The notes: generated by a model from the letters alone, not told the origin. Positions 19,609 through 30,334 are shown, numbered from the stretch's first letter. The stretch: DNA of 64,000 nt from Nitrososphaerales archaeon (GCA_965197925.1 CBDAOC010000019.1:160001-224000), one strand, 5' to 3'. Made by a program: numbers and translations.

Positions 19609-20424
19609 TTATTTCGTCATTATTCCGCCATCGACAATAAGAACCGCCAGTAACCCAGCTAGATGATTCTGAAGTGAGGTACAGTATAGCCTGCGCAACA
19701 TCTTCTGGCTCACCTATTCTTCCTAGGGGTTGCAATGAATTGAGTATCTGCTTTGCTCCATCATCCTCTAAGTATGGTTGGAGGAAGGGACCCCTAACTG
19801 TACCGGGACACACACAATTAGCCCTCACATTGTACTGTCCATATTCCAATGCTATACTTTTTGTAAACATTATAACTCCTGCTTTGGAGGCGTTGTATAC
19901 CGCCAAAGGAATCTTCTCTACAGCCTTCATACCTGCTACCGAAGCAATGTTAACAATAACTCCATTCTTTTGTTCAAGCATTGTTGGAAGCACCGCTCTA
20001 GTCATCCTAATAGTTCCTATCATGTTGGTATCAACCAGTTCGTGGATTACCTTATCTGACATTGTATGAAAGGGTTCGGGATCATTAATCACAGCCGCGT
20101 TATTTACCAAAATATCTATTCTATTGAAGTGCCGAAGTGTCTGTTCAACAATATTCTGTACCTCATTTTCATCTGATATATCACCTTGTACGGCTACAGC
20201 CTTCTTACCTTTTTTTTCAATTCGGAAACTATTCTGTTTAGATTTTTTAAATTCCTAGCTACAAGAGCCACACTAGCTCCTTCATTGGCAAAAAGCTTTG
20301 CCGTGGCCTATTTTACCTATCAAGGGCTATCGGTGACATAAGGAATTCATTGGCAAAAAGCTTTGCCGTGGCCTATACTACCGCTCGCCCCTGTGACTAT
20401 GGCAATTTGATGACTTAACGACAC
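19609..20424 (-). pseudogene. Short-chain dehydrogenase/reductase (FabG-like), disrupted
   Basis: AIVTGASGSIG, LVNNAA, YNASKAG, RANCVCPG, PLGRIGEPEDVA; several frameshifts plus an insertion near the 5-prime end. Confidence 0.85.
20281..20376. repeat. 31-bp exact direct repeat flanking a 34-bp unrelated insert
   Basis: TTCATTGGCAAAAAGCTTTGCCGTGGCCTAT at 20281-20311 and 20346-20376; insert TTTACCTATCAAGGGCTATCGGTGACATAAGGAA. Confidence 0.9.
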
Positions 20425-20489
20425 GTAGGAAATTCAGACTCATCATAATAAAACATTTTCCTTCTTATATGTCAAATTTTCGTTATTAT

Positions 20490-21444
20490 GGCTCTGTAGA
20501 AACCATGGATTTTAGCCCATTGTATATCGAATTGCACCATTGGATCAATTTGTTACGTGCCATGCATGCCTATGCATGAAAGAATCACGATACGCCAAAC
20601 TTGCAAAAACAATACTTGATGTCTTGACAAGGGCTGGAGTACCGCTCTATACGCACGGGAAGGGCAACCACATCCATACGGTCTGGCAGCATATCATCCT
20701 GCCAGCATTCAGGCAGTATGAAGGGAAGGGCTACAGGAGGTTTGTGGAATGGCTGCGTGAAGCATGCCATCCCGGAATGTTTATGCAGCTAGGCAGGGTG
20801 CCACATTATACAACGCTCCAGGAGTTTGCCTCAGGAATCAACGGCACCTTGATGTACAGAATAGTATCCTCATTCATGCTTCCTACCAAGATCAGGAAAT
20901 TGTTCGTAGGTACGGATGCATCAGGATTCAGGTCGGGCAATGCATCGTCATACCATACGGACAGAAAAGGAAAAAGTACATCAGGCCATCGATGGGTGCT
21001 GAATTGAAGGAACAGACAGCATGTTCATTAAAGACAAGAAGGGCTCCCAAGCATGATGCCATGGATTTCAGGGCCAATCATGGAGAGAGCGTCAAGCATG
21101 ATGCCACTCCATCGTTGTAGCATACAAGGGTTATGATAGCGAAGATGGTGAAGCAAATCATGAATTTGTGCGAAAAGAACCTGATGCTGCCAGTATCATG
21201 CCTGCCTGATATGAAGATGTTCCAGTATGGAGAACATGTGGAAGATACGGGAAGCAAATGAAGAGGAGATTCTATAACCAACTTTACCATCAGAGGAACA
21301 AGAATGAGACTATCAGTGATAAAGAGGATGTTTGGTGACTGTATAGCATCAAGAATGGTGAAGATGCAGAACAGGGAAGATGTTAAGTAATAGCCTGCAA
21401 CATGCATGGATTGACTGTATTTATGGCATGGTTTCTACATAGCC
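20490..21444 (+). mobile_element. Full-length IS5-family element with degenerate transposase
   Basis: TIRs GGCTCTGTAGAAACCATG / CATGGTTTCTACATAGCC (17 of 18 match); PHYTTLQEF, GTDASGF, KGYDSE motifs across frameshifts. Confidence 0.88.
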
Positions 21445-21504
21445 CACTGCTCATTATGTTTAAATATCTCCGTAAGAAAGACATCTGTTAGATTAAGGAT
21501 GATA

Positions 21505-23227
21505 ATGAATAAACTAGTAATACCCAGTATATTGGCAGCAACAGTATTGATAGCAGGAATATTTGCGTTCATGCCAGTAGAGAGGGCAAGCACGGTGCAC
21601 ACTGGCCTAGAAGCCAAGATGGAGGCAGTTGAAAATGCAATCAAGGGTGAAATTAATAAGAACAGATTTTTCCTGGAGACCGTTAACCTGAGTGATCTTG
21701 ACGATGGGACTACGGTAGTAGTCGCTGATACTACTCCCCACGGAATGGGCCAGGTTCACATAGCCGCAACCCTTCCGGTCGCAGACGTTGGTGCCGATGG
21801 ATGCACTGATGAGGAGCCATTGGTGGATGTAAAGGCGGGTCAGGCTCCAAATCTTGATATAGTGCTGACGGGTGCCCATAACACGGGAATTGCCGGAAGA
21901 GCGGAATATCAATACGAGTGATAATGCGTTTCCCACTGGCACCGATATGTGCGTATTCCATAGGACCATAACTGTCGCAAATGTCGGTGCAGACCTGCTG
22001 ACCGACATAGTAGTAGAAGGAAAGGTGGGAGCACTACCGGCAGACGCCTTCATTACCGTGTCAGGCACGGGCTTGATGGATGACGCCATGGGGCTATTGG
22101 GTGAAATATCAATTGGATTACTTACTCCACGAACAGGAGACATTGCTTCTTTTGGCGAAGAAAATTTGGCAAGCATTAGGCTGGGAGTAGTTGATTTTAA
22201 TAAACATCTCGAAGGGATGGGAGCTCCATGGAATCTCAGAATTGTTGAGAAGGACACTGCAACTGACCCCGACACTGCATTAGAAAAACTAAAGGAGCTT
22301 GATGCTGAAGGAATTGAAATTGTAATTGGTCCTGCAACTAGTGCAAATGTTGAAAGAATCAAAGGCTATGCAGATTCTAATAACATCCTACTTGTTAGCA
22401 CCGGTTCTACTTCACCTAAACTAGCTTATCCAGGTGATAACGTGTTCCGCTTGGTTCCGGATGACAATAAACAGGGAACTGCACTTGCAGAGCTAATACA
22501 ATCTGAAGGAATTGACGTATTGGTTCCTGTGTGGAGGAATGACCTGTGGGGTAATGGATTAAAAGCGGTCGTGGCTGATTCATTTGTGGAAAAAGGTGGC
22601 CAAGTAGATGATGGAATTCGTTACGATCCTGAATCTCTGGATACTTCTACAGTATCTACAGTAACTTCTCAGTTAGCCGGTATAGTACAAGGATATGTTG
22701 ATGATGCTAATGTTGGTGCAGACAATGTCGCTGTTTTATTTGTAGGATTTGACGAGATTTTAGAATTCCTAAAGGAAGCTTCAGACCACGATGTCTTAGA
22801 TGATGTAAGATGGTTTGGATCAGATGCCAATACAAAACAACAACTTCTAATAGATGATTCTACGGCATTAGATTTTTCAACCAGAGTGCAATTTATATCG
22901 CTCCAATTCACGGCATCTAAAAACGAAATCTATGATAGGGTGAAGGCTGACCTCGGGAGTGATCCTAGCACATTTGCTTACGCCTCATACGATGCCGTAT
23001 GGGTGATTGGACTTACAATGCTTGATACCCAAAGCACCGATGCCCTTACCATAAAGGGAAAGCTTCCAGAAATTGCAGGATCCTATACTGGTGCAATAGG
23101 ATCGACAAGACTGAATGCGGCAGGAGATTTGGCACAAGCTGATTATGATATATGGGGAATCAGAGGCGGAGAATGGAAACTATTGGGAAAATACACCCAA
23201 AGCACTGACAGTGTGGTACTAACATAG
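21505..23227 (+). pseudogene. Leader-family copy B: leader + beta domain + branched-chain amino acid-type ABC substrate-binding domain, one +1 frameshift near 21903
   Basis: ORFs 21499-21921 and 21872-23227 join to align with intact copy D; IGLLTPRTGD, IVIGPATS, FRLVPDD, YDAVW. Confidence 0.85.
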
Positions 23228-23274
23228 TTCCTAGATACGCTTGGCTCAGGGCGTACCAGTAATTCTTTTTTTAT

Positions 23275-23963
23275 GCTATACAGTGCGGGGCAAGGCCCGT
23301 GATGTTTTTTTGATGAAAGCTGATGTCGCCTGAATATATGGTGGACAAGCCAAGGACGCTTTTGGGCAGGGTGCTCTTGCCGTTGCCGCTGGGTCCTGTT
23401 ATTACGGTAAGTCCCTTTTTGCCTTGCCTTAAAATCCATGCCAGACAATACGTGGCTGTTTGCATAACCGGCATTTAGCGCGCCTGCACGAATTGTTGCT
23501 TGTGACATCTACCTCCCGGACATGATTCTACCACTTTTTTATCATCTCCTCCGAGCTATCCCCCTGCAATCATTCGTCCTGCATTCATCGCAAATACATG
23601 ATCTGTATATCACGGTGCAATATCCAGTACAGTATGTGCTCTATAATTAAAAATGTGATTTTTTGCTCCCTGCAAATTTTTGATATCTTCTCAAATATGT
23701 CGTGCGCCGGCGCCGGGTTTACACCTGCAATTGGCTCATCCATTGGGATCATTTTGGCACCCGGCATCATTGCCCTGCCTAGATCCGGCAGTTTTTGCCG
23801 GCCTCCGCCTGAGGTTTTGACTGGAAATACCCTTCTTCCCTATCAGACTGACTATCTCCATTACCTCCAATGCCCCGTCATGATCTTTTTTCCACTTTGA
23901 TTTTATTGGCGTAAAAATAAACGGCTCGCCGGCATTTGTACTTGGTATTAAAAAATTCTCCAT
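23275..23963 (-). pseudogene. Decayed branched-chain amino acid ABC ATPases (LivG-like then LivF-like)
   Basis: MDEPIAGVNPAPAHDIF...TFLIIEH; LNAGYANSHVLSG...ITGPSGNGKSTL; multiple frameshifts; GC-richer. Confidence 0.75.
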
Positions 23964-24109
23964 GGTATCTTATTTTGTTTTACTTGATAATGGTATCTTC
24001 CAATGTACATGCAAAGTGGCGAAGTTATTGAGGAAGATCTTGACTACGAAGAGATTGTAGACGCAATGCCTCAGGCCTTGACAGGCGAAAGGCATAAGGA
24101 TCCTTCCGT

Positions 24110-24330
24110 CTATCGTTTCTTGATTTTAATAACTGGATTAACAGTTACTAGATAAATTGGTTCTCCTCCAATCACAACCAATCTTGATTTTCTGACTTGA
24201 GCTAGGATGGTCTTTAGGCTAGGCACCATAGAATTGCTTAAATCATACACACCAAAGTTTTCTCGTAAAACATCAAACTCTACATCTTCATCACTAATAG
24301 TATTCCTCGTTTGTAATGTTAGATTGGCTA
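24110..24330 (-). pseudogene. Degenerate archaeal hypothetical protein
   Basis: EDVEFDVLRENFGVYDLSN...LKTILAQVRKS...GEPIYLV looks protein-like; start unclear. Confidence 0.35.
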
Positions 24331-24624
24331 TTACTTGCTCTAGGATTAAGTGTATTGTATGGATACCTAGCACGACGAAAGCACTCGATGAAATATTTGG
24401 ACTATCCAGAGTTATTACGGTAGATGCTTCCCTCAGCTTGGAATAGTTCAATCATATGGAAAGAAATCATTTTAATTCAGGGTTAATCATGCGTGTTTTC
24501 ATATGGGGTTTCATGAGCCTTGGTCAGCATACGTCATAGGTGCTGCAATAGCCATGGTTGCTGCATATATAGGAGTAACTTATTACCAAAAGTCCCTATT
24601 AACAAGCAGTTGAAAAGTTCCGAA

Positions 24625-24830
24625 GATTTACAAGTGTATGCCAAGTCCGTACCTGATCAGGTATTGAAGAATTATGCAGGCTGGACTGCCGATTCAGGTG
24701 CAGCCTTGAGATATATCCATCTGTCCGGCGGGATGTAACGCCTGCCATACTAGCTCATCATGGTTCGGGTGAGGTGGCAGAGCAGAAACGGATGAAGAAA
24801 TCCAAAAATTAACCAAGAGACAAACGAGGC
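24625..24830 (+). pseudogene. C-terminal fragment of an archaeal tyrosine integrase
   Basis: DQVLKNYAGWTADSGAALRYIHLSGG/DVTPAILAHHG resembles the GWT..S.M...YVHLSG.D catalytic-Tyr motif. Confidence 0.7.
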
Positions 24831-24835
24831 TAGAA

Positions 24836-25192
24836 AAAGCACATAGAAGATAGGATACTTAAGCAAAAACAGGTAAACCAACGAAAGAGGATCTGGGAAG
24901 GAAGGAAGGAAGACTAGGCTTTAGCTACGGTGCGGAGTAAAAACAATATATTTGTAATGAGATCATTTGGCATGTTGTTACCAATGACCAGTAATATATT
25001 AGAAAATAATGTTCCGCTAGGATTTATAGCTGCTAGCTGGAAGACCTGGTTTCGTTTGATAAAGGAATTTAATGGTTTCTCTCTAATTAGCGGACGATTA
25101 TCCTCCTTGCTGTGTCGGTAGGGTTCTCTGATACTCCCGGGCAGATGATCGGTCTGATCAAGCAGGGTTCAAGCCAAGTTGTAAAAAATAGT
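24836..25192 (-). repeat. Dispersed non-coding 3-prime-flank element, longest copy
   Basis: 24836-25007 is near-identical rc of 2346-2510; 25150-25190 matches 31420-31455. Confidence 0.85.
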
Positions 25193-25753
25193 TTATCCGT
25201 TTGGTGCTGCAATATTTTCAAACGTGCAGCTTCCACCTTTTGACACCAGTACCTGAGCCGTTACGGCCACCTCTTCGTCATTGCCATCATCAGCATCTGC
25301 TTCAGCAGCAGTTAGTACTACGTCATCGTCTGCTACTGCAATAAGAGCCCTTCCAGGGCTTCCAGCCTCTCCAACTAATTCCTTGAACCCATTAGTTTCC
25401 AGATCAACTGGCATACCAATATCTACGCCTCCAATTGAGACGGCGAGGCTGGTACTGGTACCAGCATCTCCCGTCAATCCTGCAAAAATGGATATTACTG
25501 CAAATTCTTCCGTACAATCTAACGTGAACTTGTCTCCACTGTCCAGGTCACTATCAGTTTCCTGTTCTACTTCCAATACCGTAATTTTATTTTCTAAATC
25601 TTTTATATTATTTTGTACCTTCGTCAACTCAGTTGTTAACGTATTTTGTATACCAGTGTGCACCGTGCTTGCCTTCTCAACCGGCATCAAGGCAAATATT
25701 CCTGCTATCAATACTGTTGCTGCCAATATGCTTGGTATTGTTAGTTTGTTCAT
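25193..25753 (-). CDS. Leader-family secreted/surface protein, copy C (paralogue of copy A)
   Basis: 186 aa; identical to copy A for 109 aa, then clustered substitutions and indels. Confidence 0.85.
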   Translation of the reverse strand: MNKLTIPSILAATVLIAGIFALMPVEKASTVHTGIQNTLTTELTKVQNNIKDLENKITVLEVEQETDSDLDSGDKFTLDCTEEFAVISIFAGLTGDAGTSTSLAVSIGGVDIGMPVDLETNGFKELVGEAGSPGRALIAVADDDVVLTAAEADADDGNDEEVAVTAQVLVSKGGSCTFENIAAPNG

Positions 25754-25885
25754 TATTCTAGTATTCTTGCAACTTTATTTAAGCATGATAGACAATTGGT
25801 CTAGAATCCCCTGCACGAAATTGTCAGAACTTTCTAGAATAATGTAGAACATTGTGGAATCAGGTTTAATCGCTAGTGTTGCTGG
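25754..25885 (-). promoter_or_regulatory. Conserved upstream region of leader family (copy C)
   Basis: TTCTAGAAAG...TTCTAGACCAATTG...CTTAAATA...AAGAAT shared with 28204-28322 and 32275-32400. Confidence 0.7.
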
Positions 25886-26079
25886 CGCGTGGTGCGTAAT
25901 GCATAATATGGGCGGGCAATTACACCGGCAACAGCATTTCTTGATATCGCTGGAGAAACTGTAGCCATTTGCAACTATTAATTCACCGGGAAAGTTACAA
26001 TACCATACGCCTTCAAGTGATTTTCTGATAGGAGTTCAAGAATTGAAACAAAAAGGGGGAGTTCTATCATTATCTGCAA

Positions 26080-26250
26080 CAGGTGGCCACGATAGTGGTG
26101 GCTGAGGCTGATCTATCTCAACAACCTTGTCATCCCATCCTATCATTTGCCCTACGCCTATGTCCTTGGCTTAGCCGGTGGTTCTATGAACTTCCGCTGC
26201 TCACCTGTTAATTCATTGAATTTCATGCAATATTAGGCATGGTGCCGGCA
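26080..26250 (-). mobile_element. N-terminal fragment of an IS5 (IS427-like) transposase
   Basis: MKFNELTGEQRKFIEPPAKPRT followed by degenerate sequence. Confidence 0.45.
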
Positions 26251-26415
26251 AATGGACCGAGCGATCGTGGAAGTTTCACCAGTCGCTTAGTTTTGGGATG
26301 ACTTGTGGTTGAACAAGATGTAAGGCATGCCCTAAAGTTGGGAGGCTCTTTGCTGGCAAGGGCGTCTTTAAAGGAAAGCCGCAAGAATTACTGGTACACC
26401 CTGAGCCAAGCGTAT

Positions 26416-28203
26416 CTAGGAACCAGTTAGTACCACACTGTCATTGCTTTGGGTGTATTTTCCCAGCAAGACCCACTCACCGTTACGAATTCCCCATATA
26501 TCATAATCAGCTTGACCCCGATCCCCCGCATCATTTAGTATTATCCCCTCCATTCCACCAGTGGCACCGTCAAAATTTTCTGCAATCCTAGGCAGTATTC
26601 TTTTTATCATATCAACATCGGTGGACTGGGTTTCAAGCATTGCCAGGCCCACAATCCATGGTGCATCATAGGAGGGATGCACATACGTACTGGGTATTCC
26701 ATCAACCGCCTCAGATACATGATCATTCACACGATGGTATCTCTCGCTATTAGATACTGCCACCAGCGTTGTAGTAAACCGTACATTTGTGGCAAAAATA
26801 TCCTCTAATCCTATTGGATCATCAACTAGCCCACGCTCCTTAGCGTTAGCCGCAGGGCCAAACCATCTTACATCATCTAACACATCGTGCCCCGAAGCCG
26901 ACTTCATGAATTCTACAATTTCACCAAAGCCCAAGAATAGAACAGCTACCTTTTCCGGACCACGGTCATCAACGTGCCCCTGTACTTCCTGTGCCAGCAA
27001 TGAAGTTTTTGCCGAAAACCCGGGGGACTCCGGGTCGTAAGGAATTCCTTCGCCAACCTGGCCTACACGTCCTTCAAACGAATTGATTGTAGACTCACTT
27101 AGGCCCCTGCCCCATACATCGTTCCTGTACACAGGGATCATTACTTCTATTCCCTCATGATCTAACAGCTTGGCAAGTGCAGGGCCTTGGTTGTTATCAT
27201 CTGGTATCAGACGGTATACACTGTCACCTGCTATGGCAAGTGAGGGAGCAGTCGAGCAGCAGCTGACAAGCAGCATGTTGTTTGAATCAGCATAATCCTT
27301 GACCTCCCTGACATTGGCACTGGTCTCAGGGCCAATTATTATGTTGATTCCCTTGGCATTTAATACCCTTATCTTTTCCAGTGTAATAGCAGGACTTGTT
27401 TCAGAGTCTTCTGAAACCAGTTCAATGCTCCATGGCTCCCCAAGTCCGGCCAAGTGATCGTTAAAGTCGGCAACACCTAGTTCCGTGGCTATCCGATTTT
27501 CTTTACCAAGATCGGATAAATCTCCTGTCAGTGGAAATATGCCGCCAATTTTTATCCTGCCGGACAGTCCCATGCCATCATCCAGCATGCCCGTACCTGA
27601 CACGGTAATGAAGGCGTCTGCCGGTAGTGCTCCTACATCGCCTACTACTACTATGTCGGTCAGCTTCGTTACGGTTTCTAAATCATCCTCATCTGGAGTA
27701 CCTGCATTTGATTCTCTGATCAATTCATTTACTATTGCAAGATCTATAGTCGTATGGAATACACACATATCGTCAGTAGAGCCAAATGGTGTACCGATGT
27801 TCACTCTTCCGTTAATCCCCGTGTTTTCCTCAGCCCCCAGCACTTTTATGAGAGCTTCGCCAGCCTGACCTGCAAGTACATCCACCAATGGCTCCTCATC
27901 AGTACATCCATCGGCACCAGTGTCTGCAACCGGAAGGGTTGAGGCTATGTGAACCTGGCCCATTCCGTGGGGAGTAGAATCAGCGACGACTATTGTACTA
28001 CCATCGGTAACGCCGCCCAGGTTAACGGTCTCTAGGAAAAATCTGTTCTTGCGAATTTCGCCTTTAACTGCATCTTCAACCGCATCTATCCTAGCTTCTA
28101 GGCCAGTGTGCACCGTGCTTGCCCTCTCTACTGGCATGAACGCAAACATTCCTGCTATCAATACTGTCGCTGCTAATATGCTTGGTATTACTAGTTTGTT
28201 CAT
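26416..28203 (-). CDS. Leader-family copy D: leader + beta domain + branched-chain amino acid-type ABC substrate-binding domain (intact)
   Basis: MNKLVIPSILAATVLIAGMFAFMPVERASTVHTG; IKIGGIFPLTGDLS, IIIGPETS, STAPSLAIAGDSVYRLIPDD, SYDAPW. Confidence 0.9.
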   Translation of the reverse strand: MNKLVIPSILAATVLIAGMFAFMPVERASTVHTGLEARIDAVEDAVKGEIRKNRFFLETVNLGGVTDGSTIVVADSTPHGMGQVHIASTLPVADTGADGCTDEEPLVDVLAGQAGEALIKVLGAEENTGINGRVNIGTPFGSTDDMCVFHTTIDLAIVNELIRESNAGTPDEDDLETVTKLTDIVVVGDVGALPADAFITVSGTGMLDDGMGLSGRIKIGGIFPLTGDLSDLGKENRIATELGVADFNDHLAGLGEPWSIELVSEDSETSPAITLEKIRVLNAKGINIIIGPETSANVREVKDYADSNNMLLVSCCSTAPSLAIAGDSVYRLIPDDNNQGPALAKLLDHEGIEVMIPVYRNDVWGRGLSESTINSFEGRVGQVGEGIPYDPESPGFSAKTSLLAQEVQGHVDDRGPEKVAVLFLGFGEIVEFMKSASGHDVLDDVRWFGPAANAKERGLVDDPIGLEDIFATNVRFTTTLVAVSNSERYHRVNDHVSEAVDGIPSTYVHPSYDAPWIVGLAMLETQSTDVDMIKRILPRIAENFDGATGGMEGIILNDAGDRGQADYDIWGIRNGEWVLLGKYTQSNDSVVLTGS

Positions 28204-28322
28204 TAATTGATCAGTCATTCTTACAGGCGTATTTAAACATAATCAGCAATTGATCTAGAATTACCTGTATGAAATTATTAGAGCTTTCTAGAATTATGTG
28301 AAATATCATGGAATTAAATTAA

Positions 28323-28395
28323 GAGCCTATCCGAAAATCCTGTTCCATAGATTGTACGCTGCTCTTATGCCAGCAATAATTATATCGGAATGATG
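28323..28395 (-). mobile_element. Right-end fragment of IS1031-like element
   Basis: GAGCCTATCCGAAAATCC TIR; rc encodes ...YNLWNRIFG*. Confidence 0.7.
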
Positions 28396-28574
28396 GAAAA
28401 TAAATATAGACATCTCTTTCTGGGTGTGATTTTATCAATTTTGTAGAAAGCGCACGCTATAGTAATTCCAAAATCATGTACCTTAAAAGAATGTGATGCA
28501 ATGAGCCGAGCTGCAGAAATTTATCCCTTAAGACATGTAATCCAAAAAGAGTTATTTCATCTTAAAGAAGATAA

Positions 28575-28810
28575 ATTCAATGGAGAAATTATCAGAAAAT
28601 ATTTTCAAGCTAAATAGCTGAGGGTTTGAGCCTTGCCAGAATAGAGAAATGCATAAACATGATGAAACAAATACCTAGACTCTTTCGCAAGCCGTTCACC
28701 AATGCTACAAAGGAAGACATTGTAGAAATTGTTGGCAAGATAGAGCAGAAGAACTGTACTGATTGGATTAAATAGGATTATAAAATTATTCTGAAACATT
28801 TCTACCAATA
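28575..28810 (+). pseudogene. N-terminal (SAM-like) fragment of an archaeal tyrosine integrase
   Basis: AEGLSLARIEKCINMMKQIPRLFRKPFTNATKEDIVEIVGKIEQKNCTDWIK*DYKIILKHFYQ. Confidence 0.7.
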
Positions 28811-28831
28811 ACAAGGGAGGATTCGAGAATA

Positions 28832-29125
28832 TTGTCTTCGTTAATGAAGCATCTTCCTGGAAAGTATAGAACCGCTAAGCCAGACAAGATTTTACTGGGT
28901 GAAATAGTGAGTTGTATTATTAGTAATAGAAGTAGGGTTAGTGATGCAGATGAAAAAACAATAGTTTATCTGATTGACAAATATGGGGCATTCTTTCTAG
29001 ATTTGGAACTTCTCATAGAGGAGATATCGAAATACCTTGATTTTTTTGGAAAACATTTTATCACTAGGGAGGAGCTGGACAAGCCCGAATACTCCTTTGC
29101 ACAAACATTAAAGAAGACCTTATAA
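28832..29125 (+). CDS. Hypothetical protein or gene fragment
   Basis: 97-aa ORF with plausible composition; no motif recognised. Confidence 0.3.
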   Translation: MSSLMKHLPGKYRTAKPDKILLGEIVSCIISNRSRVSDADEKTIVYLIDKYGAFFLDLELLIEEISKYLDFFGKHFITREELDKPEYSFAQTLKKTL

Positions 29126-29131
29126 TCAAAA

Positions 29132-29600
29132 TTAAGATGTATTACCTGAAGTGCCAACAAATACTGTTTGGATGATTTTTTCAAGTGTAGACGCAACAAA
29201 ATCTGGATGTTGCTTGACGTAACCAACGAATTTTCTCATTTTACTCTGCCGTTTCGGGTCCTGAGATATTTCCTTAACTTCGGGATCATCAGTTGATAAA
29301 GTCTTCAAAGCTTGGTCGGCTATACTTAATACAACATCAATTCCATAATTCGTAATTTTTATGTGAATAGGATGGGCCTTACCTAGTGCGGCTACACCTT
29401 CTATGAGACCACCGTTCTTCAAATAGATTACCTCAGCGTAAGCAAAATCTGAATTAACTTCTTGTAATTCAGACTCCTTTATTATTGAATCTGTCTCATG
29501 ATAATTTGCTGGCTGACCACCATAATATTTCTGATAAAGTGTATGTAAGATCCTGAATCTAATTTCTTGATGAATCCATCTTTCTAATGATGAAATATTG
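29132..29600 (-). CDS. Hypothetical protein, possibly winged-helix, longer than the ORF track shows
   Basis: Frame stays open upstream of 29422: ISSLERWIHQEIRFRILHTLYQKYY...AYAEVIYLKNGGLIEG...IKITNYGID; no ATG/GTG/TTG at the 5-prime end. Confidence 0.5.
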
Positions 29601-29951
29601 ATAATTATAAACTTTTAGAAGGAACTTTAGGATATTCACGCCAGCACCAACTCGCGAATAAGCAATATAGCCGCAATTTAACCTTACAACATATCTACTT
29701 ACAACTTCCACACTAATCTATAGTTCTATAGAAATGAATTGACATTGAGTGAATTGGTTCGAGATATCATTTAATATTGTAACAAGGTGTTGTATGACGT
29801 CCTGTCCTTTACATTTTGATTGTTATATCCCATTCACTTTAACTTCTGGGCTAGCTTCTAGAAGATCTAAACTATTATCTTCTTTTCTCAATTCATAATG
29901 TTTGAACAACGAGGAATATTTACAAATTGTTTAATTATATGAGAATTATAT

Positions 29952-30000
29952 GAGGCTTGGGCATAATTTAGTTCGAAACGATCAGATCAGGTATTCTATG
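29952..30000 (+). mobile_element. Isolated left end of GAGGCTTGG-ended IS
   Basis: GAGGCTTGGGCATAATTTAGTTCGAAACGATCAGATCAGG. Confidence 0.6.
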
Positions 30001-30079
30001 ATAGTATGGTGTGAGTAAATATAAGCATTGCAAGCACTATGAGCTTCTATCCATAATCAAGGAGAAGGATGAACATTAT

Positions 30080-30334
30080 TTAGCTTTCCAATAGAGCTAA
30101 TAGATCCTTATGTTTACGTAGAATACTTTTACCTCTTGCAGTCAACAAATTGTAGATTCTACGCTTCCTCTTAACACGGTTAACAAAGCCCCTCTTAACA
30201 CAAAACCGTAATACATCATGTATTCCAAAGTCATCAAAGTCCTCTAGCAACTCACGCGTATATTTTTCTTGTTGCAACCTATCCAATACCTTGCCTACTT
30301 GATTCAAGCGTTCATACTTGTCCGCACTTATCAT
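30080..30334 (-). CDS. Small winged helix-turn-helix protein
   Basis: VLRFCVKRGFV...RIYNLLTARGKSIL wing motif. Confidence 0.6.
   Translation of the reverse strand: MISADKYERLNQVGKVLDRLQQEKYTRELLEDFDDFGIHDVLRFCVKRGFVNRVKRKRRIYNLLTARGKSILRKHKDLLALLES

Noticed and set aside
25160..25182. GGGTTCAAGCC T-loop-like motif
   Set aside because: No pairing T stem or acceptor stem; not conserved in the copy near 31435
1764..25753. Diversity-generating retroelement (TR/VR pair) explanation for the A versus C differences
   Set aside because: Differences are not adenine-specific in either copy, include indels, and no reverse transcriptase is present in the window
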